A stretch of DNA of 64,000 bases. It comes from a virus. Taxonomy: Duplodnaviria > Caudoviricetes. This document shows positions 48,863 through 57,883 of the stretch, piece by piece. Positions within the stretch are counted from its first letter, which is position 1, and each line of letters starts with the position of its first letter. Below the pieces are notes generated by a model. That model saw nothing but the letters and a program-made list of their open reading frames with translations, made no database searches and was not told where the DNA came from. Made by a program: the position numbers and the translations under genes. The stretch covers positions 243,822-307,821 of the IMG/VR virus record IMGVR_UViG_3300049988_000124; one strand, written 5' to 3'.

Positions 48863-50305
48863 TCAGCTCGGGAAGAACCGGCGAGTGCCGGGTTCACCGA
48901 AGTTCGACGGGGCACTCATGTTAAAGCCCATCGAGGGTGAACCGAACATGTTCTGCTGTGCCTGCACAGGAGCACCGAAGGCAGCACCTGCGGGGGACGC
49001 AGGATTACCCATCATCGGCGACATCATTCCCATGCCTCCACCCATACCACCGCCCATGCCTGGTCCCATCATGGGAGCCATCATCGTCGGCGCTACACCG
49101 AACGCATTACCCGACATGGACGGCGCACTATTGTGACCAATCCCAGGGGTACCCGACGGCGAGAACGGATCGGCCGGAGTGTTGTCCACGATGTGTGGAC
49201 GGAAGCGACCGTTCTGCTGAGGCTGGGGTTGACCCATCATGAAGCCTGGCTGCGGTTGAACACCAAAGCCACCAACAACTGGCGGACCCTTGAAGCGGCT
49301 GGGTTTGCCATCGGGAGTCATGGTACCAGTACCATGGGGCTGGAACCGCATACCACGCGTATCGCTCGAGGCAGTATCTGCAGCCTTTACCGATGGGGCG
49401 GTATTGGTCTGCATCATGTGCTTGGCGATGTTGTAGGCAGCGGGGAACCGCTCAATGACATCGTTGAGCGCACCCAGGTCCACCACGAACGTATCGGGCG
49501 GAGTGCCATCAGTCGTATAGGCATCCACGGCGACTTCGTTGAAGACTTCGTAGAGCTTCAGGTAGACCGACATGGTGGTGTGGAAACGAGGAGCACTTCT
49601 GACGTTCAGCTCGGAATATTTCACCGAGAACTTGGACAGCTGATCGGGAGCTGTGATCCCGAAGACGCCCATGATGAGTGCCTTGAATGCGGCCACGGAA
49701 CGCTTGCGCACATCCTTGCCTGCATACTTGGCATCCCACTCAGCATCGGTCAGGACCGAGCAGGTAACGCGTGCCGTCATGTCCCTGGTGTCGTAAGGGA
49801 CGAAGAAGAACGTATCATCGATACGGTCACACAGCGTCTTGAACTCCTTGATCATTTCATCATCGATGACGTCGTAGAGCGTCTGACGCTTGGCCATCTG
49901 CACCCCTGCCATCTTGACAACAGCCGGAGAGATCGTGAACTCTTCACCGGCTGCTGCTGCTTTCTTGGCCGTCAAGATAGTGCGAGCGACGTGGAAGAAG
50001 ATCACCATCATGGTCGCGTTGGTCGCGACACGGATAGCCTGGTAGTAATAGTTGTTGGCGGGATTGCCGACCCTGCCCAATCCTTCGGAGAAGGGATTGA
50101 ACGTCAGATACTCGCCCTTGGGCATGGTGCCCTGAACCAGCACGATCTCGCTACCGCTGTCAGCCCCGTCGAGCTTGGGCTTGGCCCGCTCACTGGTATT
50201 GGCGACGGTGAGATATCCCTCATTGTCGACTTCGAAGACGTTGGTCAGAGAGACCAGATACTTCAGGTCCTCTGTTACGTCCTTAATGGTGTACCCATCC
50301 GTCAT
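48863..50305 (-). CDS. putative phage-nucleus protein-import factor (PicA/Imp1, phiKZ gp69 position) with low-complexity tail
   Basis: Immediately follows the gp68-like gene; FNPFSE motif; ~180-aa G/M/P/Q/F-rich C-terminus. Identity rests mainly on synteny. Confidence 0.55.
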   Translation of the reverse strand: MTDGYTIKDVTEDLKYLVSLTNVFEVDNEGYLTVANTSERAKPKLDGADSGSEIVLVQGTMPKGEYLTFNPFSEGLGRVGNPANNYYYQAIRVATNATMMVIFFHVARTILTAKKAAAAGEEFTISPAVVKMAGVQMAKRQTLYDVIDDEMIKEFKTLCDRIDDTFFFVPYDTRDMTARVTCSVLTDAEWDAKYAGKDVRKRSVAAFKALIMGVFGITAPDQLSKFSVKYSELNVRSAPRFHTTMSVYLKLYEVFNEVAVDAYTTDGTPPDTFVVDLGALNDVIERFPAAYNIAKHMMQTNTAPSVKAADTASSDTRGMRFQPHGTGTMTPDGKPSRFKGPPVVGGFGVQPQPGFMMGQPQPQQNGRFRPHIVDNTPADPFSPSGTPGIGHNSAPSMSGNAFGVAPTMMAPMMGPGMGGGMGGGMGMMSPMMGNPASPAGAAFGAPVQAQQNMFGSPSMGFNMSAPSNFGEPGTRRFFPS

Positions 50306-50402
50306 GACCGGATAATCCTTCTCTGGAGGAAAACGATGTGAAGGAGGGGTTAGCCTCCTCCACATGTTGCACATGATGATACCGCAAAAGGGTAATTATT
50401 GT

Positions 50403-52115
50403 TTAGTCCGACAAGATGTCCGGGTAACCAGCCGAACTATTGAACTGCTCACCGCTGCCGGAATTGAACGTCGAGAACTGCTGCAGAGCCATTGCCTGGA
50501 ACTGCTTGTCATCGTCGTTGAACCCAGCCTCACCGGTCTTGGTACCAGTGATCATGCCGTAGAGTCCAGTCATCTGCTCAGAATTGTGGTTGTTCACCCG
50601 CGATCCGCCGATCAAGGGAGAAACAAGACCACCCAAACACGAGGGCCATTCAAAGTCACACTGACTCATCATCCCCATGTCAATGAGGTTCAGTCGCACC
50701 ACGGTCATGCCGGTTGTATTGGCCGTCACCTCAACGCTGAAGCTGCCAAGACTGTGAAGCATGGACGCGAAGATACCCTTCTTCAAGTCAACCTCAACCC
50801 GCCTCGCAACAGCGATCGCGTCGTTGTTGGGTAGTGGCCAGTGAGACTCAGCACCGTAAGTGATGAACTGGTCCATAGGCTGACCCATTGTCCGCTTCGC
50901 CTCGTAGACGAACTGCATGGCGTTCAGACCAACCGTGTTCAGGATCGGCGGCACCACAGTCGCAATCAAGTGTGACCACTGATTGATAATGTCGGCCACG
51001 GCCTGGTCAGCGGTGTCGTAGTAGAGAGGACGCGGCTGATTGTAGTCCTGAATGTCCAAGTCACCTCCGACCATGTCATTGATCGTTTGTGCCGAGTACG
51101 GCGTGTCGAGTGCCAAGTCAAAGCTGCTGGTATGCTTCCAGCGCGGGATGTCCATGTGGCGACCAAGCGTCATGCGCATGGCATCATCCTGCATGAACTC
51201 ATTGTCGTAATAGCCAGCAGCCCTACCCGTCATCGAGTAGCTACGCGTGGTAACGTCATCCTGGTAGGACATGATCCCACGAAGAATGGTCTTGACGTTC
51301 TGGTCCGGTTGTTCCAGGACGTCCGACAGAACATGGCTACCCCTGTCCACCTTCAGGTTACTCTCAGCACCAGGCACTGCGAAGGAATACCCCTCACTCG
51401 TGGTGTCGATGGTGTTGACGACGTTACGCGGCGTCATCAGATACATGTCATCATCGGCATTGGCGTGTAGCGTGTACGCCGCTGCGACGGGTGAGTTGAT
51501 GACTTCCTCGGAAGCACGGGCGTTGACGTGCATGGTGCTCCCGTACATCCCGTGCGTCGTTGCTGCATCGATCACCGTCTTGTGGGTGATGACCATGAAC
51601 GCGTTGGGGTTGAGGGTGCGACCATTGCCGTGGGACACGGGATTGTACGGCTCGTCCTGGAAGTAGCCGGAGTAGATCCGCCGCATCTGCTTGCTACCGA
51701 CATTAGCAGCCAGGGTGTTACCCGTTACCAGGCCCTGACCACTCTCTGTCAGAATCAGAATAAAGCGGTACTTCTCCGACAGGCGAGATGATTGAAACAT
51801 CATCGATGCATTGAAGGACGGCATCATCTGATCGTTGAGGTTGTATCGATCCTCGAACTCAGCCAGGAGTGCTGCGTTAGGAGCAGAACCCTTCTTGGTG
51901 ACGTCGGTCAGCTCCTGCACGTCAGCCACGAAGTTGCCGTCGAAGGAATATTGAAAGGGACGAAGACCAACGTCTCCGCCGAACTGATTCGGGTAAGGCC
52001 TGAACAGAATCAGAATGCCTTTCTGACGCGTGTTCCCCGGACCAGCTGCATTCTGCCCGTTGTAACCGACCGACACGTTACCGAATGACGACGATCCAAA
52101 AAAGCTACCAGACAT
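50403..52115 (-). CDS. nvRNAP promoter-specificity subunit (phiKZ gp68-like)
   Basis: RPFQYSF N-terminal motif, size and position upstream of the gp69-74-like genes. Confidence 0.7.
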   Translation of the reverse strand: MSGSFFGSSSFGNVSVGYNGQNAAGPGNTRQKGILILFRPYPNQFGGDVGLRPFQYSFDGNFVADVQELTDVTKKGSAPNAALLAEFEDRYNLNDQMMPSFNASMMFQSSRLSEKYRFILILTESGQGLVTGNTLAANVGSKQMRRIYSGYFQDEPYNPVSHGNGRTLNPNAFMVITHKTVIDAATTHGMYGSTMHVNARASEEVINSPVAAAYTLHANADDDMYLMTPRNVVNTIDTTSEGYSFAVPGAESNLKVDRGSHVLSDVLEQPDQNVKTILRGIMSYQDDVTTRSYSMTGRAAGYYDNEFMQDDAMRMTLGRHMDIPRWKHTSSFDLALDTPYSAQTINDMVGGDLDIQDYNQPRPLYYDTADQAVADIINQWSHLIATVVPPILNTVGLNAMQFVYEAKRTMGQPMDQFITYGAESHWPLPNNDAIAVARRVEVDLKKGIFASMLHSLGSFSVEVTANTTGMTVVRLNLIDMGMMSQCDFEWPSCLGGLVSPLIGGSRVNNHNSEQMTGLYGMITGTKTGEAGFNDDDKQFQAMALQQFSTFNSGSGEQFNSSAGYPDILSD

Positions 52116-52185
52116 GAAACATGCTCCTTTGTGTGTAAATGAAAATGGGTAATCAGTAGTCAACCAACCTGATCACTACACTTTG

Positions 52186-52193
52186 GTAATATA
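52186..52193 (-). promoter_or_regulatory. phiKZ-type early promoter core TATATTAC
   Basis: gtaatatagcgat on + strand. Confidence 0.7.
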
Positions 52194-52211
52194 GCGATCA
52201 AGGCTGGTTGA

Positions 52212-53480
52212 TCAATTGGGTACCGGCAGAGGAATCACTGACATGGGAGCCAATGATTGAAGAGCTATGTCGAAATAAACACCGCACAATGGCGGATCAT
52301 CGGGGGCACTATCGTGCTCATACAGAAGAATCGCTGCCTCGTCCGAGAAGGTCTTGATCAGCTTAATCTTCACAGGGGACATGGTGATGAGGTCACGGAT
52401 CTCATTGTCAATTCCTTGGTGGAATTTCACGAAGCGATCCAGGATCTCATTCAACTCTTCACCGCCAACACATTCGCGAAACACCGACTCGGCCATGAAG
52501 GCACCGATGTCCACGTCGTGGATAGCACCGTAGCGGTTGATGGCTAGGTGTTCTGCGTAGAACGAGATCTGCGAGTCCAGGTCGACGATGACGTCGATGT
52601 TGAAGTCGGTGAGCTCGATACAGTCCAGTAGGTCACAGACGTCCTGGAACTTGTGAGGGTTGTACTCGATGCGCTCGAGCTTTCGAATAGGGATGTTCCC
52701 CAGTGATCGAAAGTCGAAGCTATTGGGTACCAGAAGTGGTTTCACACCCGAGAGCGGACGGATGATCGGTTCTGACAGGTGGTAGCTACCAGGGATCATC
52801 CGCTCATCGGTGAGCTGGAAAGGGGCGATGGTGTCAGCAATCGCTTTCAAGTCGCGCTGCGTGAACTCAGTGGGTGTATCCCGCACCTGATTGATGTAGC
52901 GAGGGATCATGCGGTTGATGTCATCCACGTCGAACGACAGTGGTGTAAAAGGACGATGGTCGAGTGCCGGGGCTAGATCATAGGCCAACCAGTCACGCAA
53001 GGGTTGATTCCGGCGCTTCTGAAAGATCGTGTCACGTAGCGCCACGTCGTGAATGATCTCTGCTCTGGGATCACACACCAACTGAGGGATGACGGGACTG
53101 ATCTGTTGCCGGGCAAAGTTCAGACTCGGCAGATGGTTAAACCGCATTCCAGTACCTAGTCCCGATCGCAGCTTACACCGGAAAGGGACGAGGCTCTGAT
53201 TCTTGTGGAGGTAGTGGGTAGTCTCCAGGTAGATGTTACCCTCATCCCTGGTGAAGTCAGGCATGTACTCAACGGTTTTCACCAATGGTACATGCGCTGC
53301 GTGACTTCCATCATCCATGGCACAAAGGGGTGCACCCAGACTCATGTGCGACGTAATGTCGCCGATGTTCTCATCGTCGTGGGTGAGGGTCTCACCGTAG
53401 AACATGTGGTCGGTATGACCAACGTGTAAGGGAGCAGGAGACTGCCTCGTGATGGGTTCAATGTGGAGAACCTGTTCCAT
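52212..53480 (-). CDS. hypothetical core-region protein
   Basis: 422-aa ORF with GAAGGAG RBS. Confidence 0.7.
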   Translation of the reverse strand: MEQVLHIEPITRQSPAPLHVGHTDHMFYGETLTHDDENIGDITSHMSLGAPLCAMDDGSHAAHVPLVKTVEYMPDFTRDEGNIYLETTHYLHKNQSLVPFRCKLRSGLGTGMRFNHLPSLNFARQQISPVIPQLVCDPRAEIIHDVALRDTIFQKRRNQPLRDWLAYDLAPALDHRPFTPLSFDVDDINRMIPRYINQVRDTPTEFTQRDLKAIADTIAPFQLTDERMIPGSYHLSEPIIRPLSGVKPLLVPNSFDFRSLGNIPIRKLERIEYNPHKFQDVCDLLDCIELTDFNIDVIVDLDSQISFYAEHLAINRYGAIHDVDIGAFMAESVFRECVGGEELNEILDRFVKFHQGIDNEIRDLITMSPVKIKLIKTFSDEAAILLYEHDSAPDDPPLCGVYFDIALQSLAPMSVIPLPVPN

Positions 53481-53718
53481 TCTTAGTTCTCCTTCGTAAC
53501 TCGGCGCGTCTAGCTAGGACTTCTTCAGAACTAATTTCCAGGGGTACAAACACAACCCCCTTACCGAGGTCAAGAGCGATTGGAGCATTACAACCTCGAT
53601 CGTAACTACTCATGACCCCTGCGTCTGGAAGAGAAAGCAGTCCTCCTTCACCGCAACGTATCTTACCAAATACCTCGTTGGGAGGACGTCCCGTGAAGAA
53701 CCCTGGTTTATCAGCCAT
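53458..53718 (-). CDS. small hypothetical protein
   Basis: AAGGAG RBS. Confidence 0.55.
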   Translation of the reverse strand: MADKPGFFTGRPPNEVFGKIRCGEGGLLSLPDAGVMSSYDRGCNAPIALDLGKGVVFVPLEISSEEVLARRAELRRRTKNGTGSPH

Positions 53719-53728
53719 GACTTACTCC

Positions 53729-55426
53729 TTAGAAGGGACGCTGGTTACCGTGACACAGCAGGTAGAAGCGACAAAGGTTGGCGATCACGTTCTCGTCGAA
53801 CTGCACTTCACTTCCGGTGATTGGATAATTCCCATCACCACTGAACTCCCAGAGTGCAGGAGCCATGTTCTCGGCATGGGTGTAGTGAACGAGCCAGTCC
53901 TTCATCTTGTGGATGTGGGTGATGAAGTCGAGCTTCTCCATCTCAGGCTTACCACGATTGCCACGCTTACCAGGAGTTGGTACAGGCTTAGCAATCCAGC
54001 CCTTGAAGAGCTGCAGGCACTGCGAGTAATAGTCCGTCGTCTTCAGCTTCACGTCAATACGTGCTGGCATGGAGCCGTGGGCACCATCGACCGGCGTGGG
54101 TGAAGTCCGCGACGTTACCAGCGCTGCCAGGTCACGGAAGTTATTGCGGATCAGGAAGATCTGCAAGATCACCACGAGTTCCTGGTACTGAGTAGGCGAC
54201 AGATACCCCAGGCACTTCGATCCACCAAAGCGCGTTCCAATGAACGAGGCAACCATGGCCTGACACAGTGGCGAGATGTCAAAGCTATTGCCCCGGTAGT
54301 AAGCTGCCGCCGACCGGTAGACATCCAAGGGCGTATCGGTGATCTCGAGGAGCTTGGGTAGCTCCCACTCCTGCACTGCCGTAGCCACGAAGATCGGCAC
54401 GTCGATGGGTTTGTTCGAGGTCTTCGAAGCATGGTCGAGAATCGAGCTATTGTCCTCCGTGTCGTGCTGAGGGAGCTCCTTTCTCGGCATCGTCTTCATG
54501 GGCGAGCGCATCCCCTGGATCCGGGTCTCCGTGGTACGCTTGATCCCATCATCGATGTAGACCATGGCATTAGGGGGCAATTGGTTGCTCCCCTTGTGGC
54601 GCATGAAGCACTCGTAGGTCGCCATCCGCTTCACGATGATCGTGGACATGACGATGGCGTTGAACATCTCATCGTCGATACCGTTGTGGGTCAGGATGTA
54701 GGAACTGACGACACCCGACATCATCGCCTTCTTGTCGCTACTCAGGCGCTTCTCACGCACCAGCGTCGACAAGGAGAAGTAGAGCTTCTGATAGATACGC
54801 TCGAACGCACCTTCCTCGAGCGATGGCTCGATCAAGTCAAAAGCAATCTTCTCGATCTTATTCTGATCCACCTCAAGGGCGCGCAGCTTGTAGATGAACT
54901 CACCCCAGATCGGCACCATCATCTTGCTCAAGAGACTGCTCGCGGTGATTTCCACGTAGTCCTGGGGCAGGAAGGTCTTGGCTGGCGTGTGGTGAGCCTC
55001 GGTACCAGCATTCTGCAGATCGGGGTAGATGAAGTGCGATGTCTGACAAAAGGCAATGAGCTTGGGTACGAGGTTCAGGTGCTTGATCGTGTTGTAAACC
55101 TTCTCCTGGAGATCGTCCTGGAGTTCACGCCGATTGTCCTTGTTCATCGCGGTGATGACGTTCTTGGCGTGCCTGTACATGTCGTACAGGGTGTTCTGCT
55201 CCATCAAGTCGAGCTGCTCTCGGAAGAACAGGTTGATGGGCAGGAGAATCTGATCGCCCGTATTGTCTTCAGATGTCTCGGCGATCTTCTGGTAGGTCTT
55301 GATGTAGAAAGGAATATCCGGCTTACCGGGTACGTCATTGTTGTTCACATCACGCAGTACGACGGATGCGTCCAGGTACTTCTCCGAGGGAGATTCAGGA
55401 GGTAGTGTACGAAGAATTGCTAGCAT
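53729..55426 (-). CDS. conserved phiKZ-like core protein (gp67-like)
   Basis: 565 aa; DY.E....LL.K.M.PIWGEFI motif; position upstream of the gp68-like gene. Confidence 0.55.
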   Translation of the reverse strand: MLAILRTLPPESPSEKYLDASVVLRDVNNNDVPGKPDIPFYIKTYQKIAETSEDNTGDQILLPINLFFREQLDLMEQNTLYDMYRHAKNVITAMNKDNRRELQDDLQEKVYNTIKHLNLVPKLIAFCQTSHFIYPDLQNAGTEAHHTPAKTFLPQDYVEITASSLLSKMMVPIWGEFIYKLRALEVDQNKIEKIAFDLIEPSLEEGAFERIYQKLYFSLSTLVREKRLSSDKKAMMSGVVSSYILTHNGIDDEMFNAIVMSTIIVKRMATYECFMRHKGSNQLPPNAMVYIDDGIKRTTETRIQGMRSPMKTMPRKELPQHDTEDNSSILDHASKTSNKPIDVPIFVATAVQEWELPKLLEITDTPLDVYRSAAAYYRGNSFDISPLCQAMVASFIGTRFGGSKCLGYLSPTQYQELVVILQIFLIRNNFRDLAALVTSRTSPTPVDGAHGSMPARIDVKLKTTDYYSQCLQLFKGWIAKPVPTPGKRGNRGKPEMEKLDFITHIHKMKDWLVHYTHAENMAPALWEFSGDGNYPITGSEVQFDENVIANLCRFYLLCHGNQRPF

Positions 55427-55516
55427 GGGTTAGTCTCCTGTTACCTACATCATGTTGGGTGTGTGGGTAATAATAAAGTCTAGTCACAGACCTTAATTTC
55501 TCCCTCACTCACTTGA

Positions 55517-55524
55517 GTAATATA
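55517..55524 (-). promoter_or_regulatory. phiKZ-type early promoter core TATATTAC
   Basis: gtaatatatcggt on + strand. Confidence 0.7.
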
Positions 55525-55541
55525 TCGGTACATAGACGATG

Positions 55542-55570
55542 AGAGGAGAGGGCCCTGGGCCCTCTCCTCT
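55542..55570. terminator. terminator-like hairpin
   Basis: 13-bp perfect stem agaggagagggcc/ggccctctcctct. Confidence 0.7.
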
Positions 55571-55575
55571 ATCTC

Positions 55576-55869
55576 TTAGGAACGACGTACTGGTTGTACC
55601 ATCCGGCTATGTTTGACCGCGTAGAGCCACTCGTGCCAGACTTTCTGGTTAACGAGATCGTTGTGATTGCACGGATCACTTGACTTATACTGACCATTGA
55701 TCATGAAGCACCAGGTGAGCTTCTTGGTCCGGTCATTGGGGTGTTCTACCTCGGCTCGGATGGGGTAGGAATATTCTTGCGGGGTAATTGACGAGATGTG
55801 ACCAATTGACAAGATCTTAGCAGGGCGACCATCCCTGGTACAAATTGGCTTGGAGGTATCGAGTGTCAC
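55576..55869 (-). CDS. hypothetical protein
   Basis: AGGAGGAG RBS; TRDGRPA.I motif common in small phage proteins. Confidence 0.6.
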   Translation of the reverse strand: MTLDTSKPICTRDGRPAKILSIGHISSITPQEYSYPIRAEVEHPNDRTKKLTWCFMINGQYKSSDPCNHNDLVNQKVWHEWLYAVKHSRMVQPVRRS

Positions 55870-55887
55870 GATCGTTCTCCTCCTGCC

Positions 55888-56157
55888 TTATGAGGGAAGG
55901 TTAATGTTCCAAATACTCGGGGTAGTGTTGTGAAAATCAGACAGTATTTCAGGATCAAGCTTCAGGGTGTCGAATACTTCGGGGCCTCCGCCGCGCTTCA
56001 CTACTTCATTGGTGGTGAGCTCAATAATGCGTCCCGACGGATCATGGCACCGCCACTTATAGCCGTACCAGAATGCGCCGGGATAGGAACATCGCTTCTG
56101 GATAAACGCGAATAGATTAACCGCGTCTTTCCAATAGTGCCTTGAGATAGTCATCGA
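55888..56157 (-). CDS. hypothetical protein
   Basis: ORF in the minus-strand run. Confidence 0.45.
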   Translation of the reverse strand, partial: SMTISRHYWKDAVNLFAFIQKRCSYPGAFWYGYKWRCHDPSGRIIELTTNEVVKRGGGPEVFDTLKLDPEILSDFHNTTPSIWNINLPS

Positions 56158-56353
56158 AAATACCTTTGGGTTTAGTCTTTGATTCAATGTAGACTTTTAG
56201 CGCGAAAGTGAAGTGCGCTTCTGTGGTCCAGGCGAGCATTAGAACAAGCCCTGCGATCACGAAGCCGTCGGGAGCAAGAGGACTAAGCTTTATCGCCGCA
56301 TAGATCTCTAAGCTCAAATAAACCAGCATAGGAATGAACCGAATAAAGGTCAT
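56117..56353 (-). CDS. small membrane protein
   Basis: GGAGG RBS before MTFIRF; two TM segments. Confidence 0.5.
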   Translation of the reverse strand: MTFIRFIPMLVYLSLEIYAAIKLSPLAPDGFVIAGLVLMLAWTTEAHFTFALKVYIESKTKPKGIFDDYLKALLERRG

Positions 56354-56438
56354 GGGAATACCTCCATAAAAACAAAAGACATAAAAGGAAGACAAGAGTG
56401 AGGCGTTTGCCCCACTCTTATATCCAAAAAGAAAATGT

Positions 56439-56514
56439 TGGTGAGTCCTCCGGGATTCGAACCCGGGACACGCGAATTAAAAGTCCGCTGCTCTACCTAC
56501 TGAGCTAAGGACCC
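56439..56514 (-). tRNA. tRNA-Lys(TTT)
   Basis: 76-nt cloverleaf, loop CT-TTT-AA, encoded CCA. Confidence 0.93.
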
Positions 56515-56651
56515 TCACACCATTAACCATATCGACATTGTAGAAACCATACGGTCGGCGTAACAATCGTTGGTAGGACTATTGTCCTTTTGCTTAAAGG
56601 GTCGGTCCAATTACCCTGTTCAAACAACCACTACAATATCGATAAAGGTAA

Positions 56652-56726
56652 TGGTGCCCCTTGTACGATTTGAACGCACGACCTTCGCTTTACAAAAGCG
56701 CTGCTCTACCGCTGAGCTAAAAGGGC
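56652..56726 (-). tRNA. tRNA-Thr(TGT)
   Basis: Cloverleaf, loop TT-TGT-AA, encoded CCA. Confidence 0.9.
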
Positions 56727-56739
56727 TAACCATTTTTGA

Positions 56740-56964
56740 CTACACACCGTTCTTGGGGTCTTGGGGTAGTGTGTCTAAACCATTGTAGAAAGGGACGGGT
56801 TCATGCTCATCGCCAACAGCAAAGATGGCGATGTCACCATCGACGATTTCGATCTGTGCCCGTCTATCCCACTTCATATGAATAAAGTCAGGCTTACCCC
56901 AGATACGAACAGCGGAGTGATATTCGTCTCCTCGAAAGCCGATAAAATGAACGATGGCTTTCAT
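56740..56964 (-). CDS. small hypothetical protein
   Basis: HFIGFRGDEY..A.RIWG.PDFIH..WD.RA pattern typical of small phage proteins. Confidence 0.6.
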   Translation of the reverse strand: MKAIVHFIGFRGDEYHSAVRIWGKPDFIHMKWDRRAQIEIVDGDIAIFAVGDEHEPVPFYNGLDTLPQDPKNGV

Positions 56965-56987
56965 GGTGGATTCCATGTTAGATAAAA

Positions 56988-57107
56988 CACCGTAGGTAGG
57001 ACTCGACAGCCTACTAACCCACTTCTTTCGGACAGTAGAGCATCTTTCATCTCATTTGCAGGCGGGTCTCCTGTTGTCCTAGCGTGTCCATCCACGCTGC
57101 TACGGTG
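56988..57107 (-). ncRNA. tRNA-like RNA with expanded anticodon domain (candidate)
   Basis: 8-bp closing stem CACCGTAG/CTACGGTG, D-like arm GCGT-GGATGGAC-ACGC, T-like arm GTAGG-CTGTCGAGT-CCTAC; no anticodon loop or CCA. Confidence 0.5.
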
Positions 57108-57217
57108 CTACTTCCTCGGGGGAGGAACTATGTATTCACTGTCAAGATTGCCAAAGCGCTCATAAGAGTCATTTAACCTCTATACCCCAAGCCATGAGGA
57201 AGAGAGATGGTTAAACG

Positions 57218-57444
57218 AAAGCGGACCTGCCGGGTGTGGTTACCCGGTCACGACTTTTCAGGCCCCATCAGAAGATCATTTCTGATATCCAATCGGCTAG
57301 GTTTGAGCCACGCCTGTCACCCGCTTTGACAATCTTGCTAGTGGATCTAAATCCCTACTGTGGCCGATGACGCACAAGCTGTGTCGGCATTTCACGTCTG
57401 TGTGCCCAACGGGACCGGGTTAGAGCCCAGCACACTCACAGTAG
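57218..57444 (-). ncRNA. structured two-domain ncRNA with H-type pseudoknot (candidate)
   Basis: Stems CTACTGTG/CACAGTAG and AAAGCGG/CCGCTTT enclose several hairpins; crossed GACG/CGTC and GCCGA/TCGGC helices; ORF-free. Confidence 0.55.
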
Positions 57445-57456
57445 AGAAGGACGTAT

Positions 57457-57684
57457 TCACATTCGTGTAAAGAAACTGCATCTAGGTCCAGCGGGTACGT
57501 GGTAGAACCGATCCCGCCACTGGTCATCGCCTTGTGCGAACTCACCTTTGTGACCATCGACTATGTACATGGGTACACCGTGATAGTCGACGATGTCGGT
57601 AATCTTACTCACGGATTTCTCATGGTCCGCGAAAGGCTTATGAATGCTGAGCTTGACAGGATCGCCAATCTTTAGCTTTGCCAC
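57457..57684 (-). CDS. small SH3/KOW-like hypothetical protein
   Basis: LKIGDPV start; GAGGA RBS. Confidence 0.55.
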   Translation of the reverse strand: MAKLKIGDPVKLSIHKPFADHEKSVSKITDIVDYHGVPMYIVDGHKGEFAQGDDQWRDRFYHVPAGPRCSFFTRM

Positions 57685-57685
57685 G

Positions 57686-57883
57686 TCAGTTCCTCACGAT
57701 TCGATTTTCATCGATCTCACTGAAGTCACTGTCGTCACGATCGAACTCGGTGTTACCGATAACAGCGATCCATCCCTTAGGAAAAGATGAACGACGCCAG
57801 AGAGCAATTGTCCACTGCTCCCCATCTCTCACCCAATAGAAACCAGGCTTTCTGGAGTTGGTTGCTTCCTCAAAAGTGGTCAT
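57686..57883 (-). CDS. small hypothetical protein (GFYWVR family, paralog 1)
   Basis: Start moved to MTTFEE; similar to 58362..58559. Confidence 0.6.
   Translation of the reverse strand: MTTFEEATNSRKPGFYWVRDGEQWTIALWRRSSFPKGWIAVIGNTEFDRDDSDFSEIDENRIVRN

Noticed and set aside
56570-56640. Hairpin followed by ACCA on the minus strand between tRNA-Lys and tRNA-Thr (possible minihelix or tRNA remnant)
   Set aside because: No T-loop, D-loop or full acceptor stem; short hairpins of this size are expected by chance
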